From: Candidatus Omnitrophota bacterium
Lineage (GTDB): Bacteria > Omnitrophota > Gorgyraeia > Gygaellales > Profunditerraquicolaceae
Direction of reading: 5' to 3'
Length of the DNA: 50,436 nt
Assembly (NCBI GenBank): GCA_029561735.1
Contig: JAKQWZ010000016.1
Location: forward strand, 1 to 50,436
Every line of letters begins with the position of its first letter. Position 1 is the first letter of the stretch. The translations under genes were made by a program, and so were the position numbers. The notes under the pieces were generated by a model. It had not been told where the DNA came from and searched no databases. It worked only from the letters and a program-made list of their open reading frames with translations. Below, piece after piece: positions 47,989-50,436 of this stretch.

Positions 47989-48918
47989 TTACTGCGCCCT
48001 GATAGCGGTTACTGCCACGCAATCCACTATATCTTCCGGAATGCATCCGCGGGACAGATCGCTGCACGGCCTGTTCATGCCCATCATAATCGGCCCGATT
48101 GCCCGGGCATTACTCAAGCGCTGGACAAGCTTATAACTGATATTGCCGGCTTCCAGGTTAGGAAAAATCAGGACATTAGCCCTGCCTTTTAAAGGGCTGT
48201 CAGGATATTTTATTTGCGCCACCTCCGGGACAATGGCCGCGTCAACCTGTATTTCGCCGTACATAAGCACTTCCGGAGATAATGTTTTGGCTAAACGCAG
48301 AGCCTCGGTAATTTTTTCAACCAGCCTGCCCTTTGCCGAGCCATGAGTAGAATAACTTAAAAACGCAACGCGGGGCTGAAAATCCAAAACTTTCTTTGCC
48401 AATTCAGCTGCTGAAACTGAAATAGAGGCCAATTGCCTTGATGTCGGATCAGGCACTATACCGCAATCAGCAAATACAAAAGCCCCCTGCTCGCCCAGTT
48501 TTGATTCCGGGACAACCATAATAAAACAACTACAGGCAGTGCCCAGCCGCTCAACAACACCCAAACAGCGCAGAGCTGCCCTGGCCATCTCGGGCGTTGT
48601 ATGCGATGCCCCGGCCACAAAACCGTCAGCTTTTCCTTCGCGCGTCATCATCGCAGCGTAATACAGGTTATCTTCAAAGATATTTTTCACAGCGTCTAAA
48701 TCCAGGCCCTTAGCTTTATTCATATCATAAAACTGCTGGACATACCTGTCTTTATCCGCCTCTACGATTTTATCCTTGGTAAGCAGAATAACATTAGCAA
48801 TCTTTTCTTTTTCAATAATCTTTGCTGCTTCAATAGTGCGGCGGTCCTCATATTCAGGTAGGACAATAGTCTTTATATTGGAACGCGCTTTAGCCCTTAT
48901 TTTTTCAATGATATCCAT
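47989..48918 (-). CDS. pta: Phosphate acetyltransferase (short class I)
   Basis: IVLPE, FADC...PDP, LSYST.GS, GEIQVDAA, FPNLEAGNISYK and DLSRG motifs. Confidence 0.95.
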   Translation of the reverse strand: MDIIEKIRAKARSNIKTIVLPEYEDRRTIEAAKIIEKEKIANVILLTKDKIVEADKDRYVQQFYDMNKAKGLDLDAVKNIFEDNLYYAAMMTREGKADGFVAGASHTTPEMARAALRCLGVVERLGTACSCFIMVVPESKLGEQGAFVFADCGIVPDPTSRQLASISVSAAELAKKVLDFQPRVAFLSYSTHGSAKGRLVEKITEALRLAKTLSPEVLMYGEIQVDAAIVPEVAQIKYPDSPLKGRANVLIFPNLEAGNISYKLVQRLSNARAIGPIMMGMNRPCSDLSRGCIPEDIVDCVAVTAIRAQ

Positions 48919-48927
48919 TTGCCCCTC

Positions 48928-50016
48928 TTATATGCCTTTTAAAATTGATTTTAAATCCACATGGTCCTTAATAAGTTTTATGGCTGTGCTCACTTTTACT
49001 TCATCACGGGGACGGATCTTAACAGTCAGATCATGTATAGCCGCAGTCACGGTATAGGTATCTTCTTTTGCCCAAAGTACCGGTATAGAAGATTTACTCA
49101 ATAGGTTCATTACCGAAGGAAACGGCGTAATATCTCCTGTCAGGACCAGCCCGGAAATCTTCAACTTTTGCTTATCTGCATCTTTAAAGCACCCCAAAGC
49201 CGCGACAATAACATCTTCCCTGTCTCCGGGGGTTATCAAAAAACAGCCGTCAGTGATATACCGGACGGCATCTTCCGGTTTCATTGCGCCGACGATAATA
49301 CGGGAAATCGGGTTCTCTATGTAATCCTGCCCGAATAAAAGCTCATAACCGGCCTCGTCCAAAATCTGGCCAACCGTAGGCCTGGCCATCATCGGATTAT
49401 AAGGAATAACGCCTAAGACTTTAAGGCCTTTTCTTTCAAGGCCTTTTCTGACCATTCGGCTGATCCGGTCAAACTTATCCGGGAGTATCTTGTTAACGAT
49501 AACTCCAAGGACCTTAACGCCTTCTTTTTCAAATAACGCTTTATTGAGCATTATCTCGTCTATCGGCCTGCCTACTCCGCCGGATGAGATAATTATTGCC
49601 TTGGCCCCGAGCAATCTGGCCACATACGCATTTGAGTGGTCAAACACCGAACCTACGCCGGCATGCCCTGTTCCCTCAATGATCACCAGCTGCTGCCTGC
49701 GCGCTACGCGCCGGTATGACTGCCTGATGCGGTTAGAGATGGATTTCTTATCCGGCCTTGAGATATATTTCTCGGTAAATCCTTTTTCTACCGCAATCGG
49801 GCTCATATCTTTAAGCCCGGAATGTATCCCGCATACTTTCTCTATAAGCACTGAATCTTCGTCGATCTTCAGGCCATCTTCCTCAAGATAACGCTGGCCT
49901 ATAGGCTTGATAAAAGCAACGCGTTTGAATTTTTTTTGAAAATTACAGATCAACCCTAAAGAAACCGTAGTCTTGCCGTCATTCTGCTTTGTGGCGGCAA
50001 TAAATATTTTTTTCAT
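48928..50016 (-). CDS. AAA_26/DRTGG protein homologous to the N-terminal regulatory half of long Pta
   Basis: P-loop DGKTT, FIKPIG, IEGTGH, VNK, IVGAM, ITPGDREDV (DRTGG), DTYT. Confidence 0.88.
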   Translation of the reverse strand: MKKIFIAATKQNDGKTTVSLGLICNFQKKFKRVAFIKPIGQRYLEEDGLKIDEDSVLIEKVCGIHSGLKDMSPIAVEKGFTEKYISRPDKKSISNRIRQSYRRVARRQQLVIIEGTGHAGVGSVFDHSNAYVARLLGAKAIIISSGGVGRPIDEIMLNKALFEKEGVKVLGVIVNKILPDKFDRISRMVRKGLERKGLKVLGVIPYNPMMARPTVGQILDEAGYELLFGQDYIENPISRIIVGAMKPEDAVRYITDGCFLITPGDREDVIVAALGCFKDADKQKLKISGLVLTGDITPFPSVMNLLSKSSIPVLWAKEDTYTVTAAIHDLTVKIRPRDEVKVSTAIKLIKDHVDLKSILKGI

Positions 50017-50019
50017 CTT

Positions 50020-50334
50020 TTATAGATGAGAATCAATCTTCTTCTTTAATTCAGCCTTGCTTATTGCGCCCACCACCTGGCCATGGACTTTTCCCTGCTT
50101 AAAAAACATAAGCGTAGGTATTGACATTATTCCGTAATGAGTAGCGATTTTAGGGCTTTCATCTATATTTACCTTGCATACCTTTATTTTTTTGGCATAC
50201 TCTTTTGCCGCATCTTCGATAAAAGGCGTGATCATTTTACACGGGCCGCACCAAGGGGCCCAAAAATCCACCAAAACCGGAAGGGCAGACTCTAGTACTT
50301 CTTTCTTAAAATTTTCATCGGTTAAATTGACCAT
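50020..50334 (-). CDS. trxA: Thioredoxin
   Basis: VDFWAPWCGPC, SIPTL. Confidence 0.97.
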   Translation of the reverse strand: MVNLTDENFKKEVLESALPVLVDFWAPWCGPCKMITPFIEDAAKEYAKKIKVCKVNIDESPKIATHYGIMSIPTLMFFKQGKVHGQVVGAISKAELKKKIDSHL

Positions 50335-50385
50335 TTCTATTCTTCTCCGTTGTTTTAAATGAAGTTATAAGAAATACAGACACTT

Positions 50386-50414
50386 ACATTACCACAGGCA
50401 TAACGTTTTTTCAA
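50386..50414 (-). promoter_or_regulatory. Sigma70-type promoter for the trxA-led operon
   Basis: Minus strand TTGAAA-17 nt-TAATGT with TGn. Confidence 0.55.
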
Positions 50415-50436
50415 GGAAAAATGCGCTAAAACTTCG

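Noticed and set aside
47987-48067. N-terminal extension of the ackA ORF (similarly 45196-45228 for trxB)
   Set aside because: These overlap upstream genes; family N-termini match the downstream ATGs
467-50362. Numerous plus-strand ORFs of 60-194 aa in the ORF track (e.g. 19731-20315, 1751-2230, 3526-3999)
   Set aside because: They lie antisense to well-supported genes, show no recognisable motifs and have shadow-ORF composition

Overview
This is a ~42% GC bacterial chromosomal segment with 53 protein-coding genes, all on the minus strand and very tightly packed. I found no rRNA, tRNA, CRISPR array or mobile element. The organism is a diderm (LptD and a secretin are present). Gene content and pilin type suggest an anaerobic PVC-related lineage such as Ca. 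Omnitrophota, but that is inference. In transcription order (right to left): (i) trxA, DRTGG/AAA Pta-N protein, pta, ackA, panD, def, lipA, trxB, pckG, purC, UPF0104 flippase-like protein, NYN nuclease; (ii) a monocistronic CmpX/MscS-TM protein; (iii) radical SAM-SPASM protein, methyltransferase, miaB (no TRAM domain), GT-C/TPR glycosyltransferase, miaA, hflX; (iv) CIRCE, hrcA, grpE, dnaK, dnaJ, FmdB-type Zn ribbon, DUF1015, accD; (v) an orphan MalK-type ATPase plus two GAF-GGDEF cyclases; (vi) ROK kinase, tal, lptD and four UDP-sugar enzymes; (vii) a type IV pilus locus (major pilin, two paralogous pilins, pilMNOPQ) running into DUF2344 and rng; (viii) rplU, obg, proB, proA, nadD, rpe and a phosphohexomutase cut by the window edge. 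The most notable observations are: a DnaK/DnaJ pair with monoderm/archaeal-like signatures in a diderm under HrcA/CIRCE control; repeated domain trimming of housekeeping proteins (TRAM-less MiaB, short HrcA, Obg lacking a ribosome-contact loop with rpmA missing from its usual place); a candidate MalK-linked c-di-GMP module; and a candidate glycosylated type IV pilus system. Family assignments rest on motif recognition only; no searches were run.
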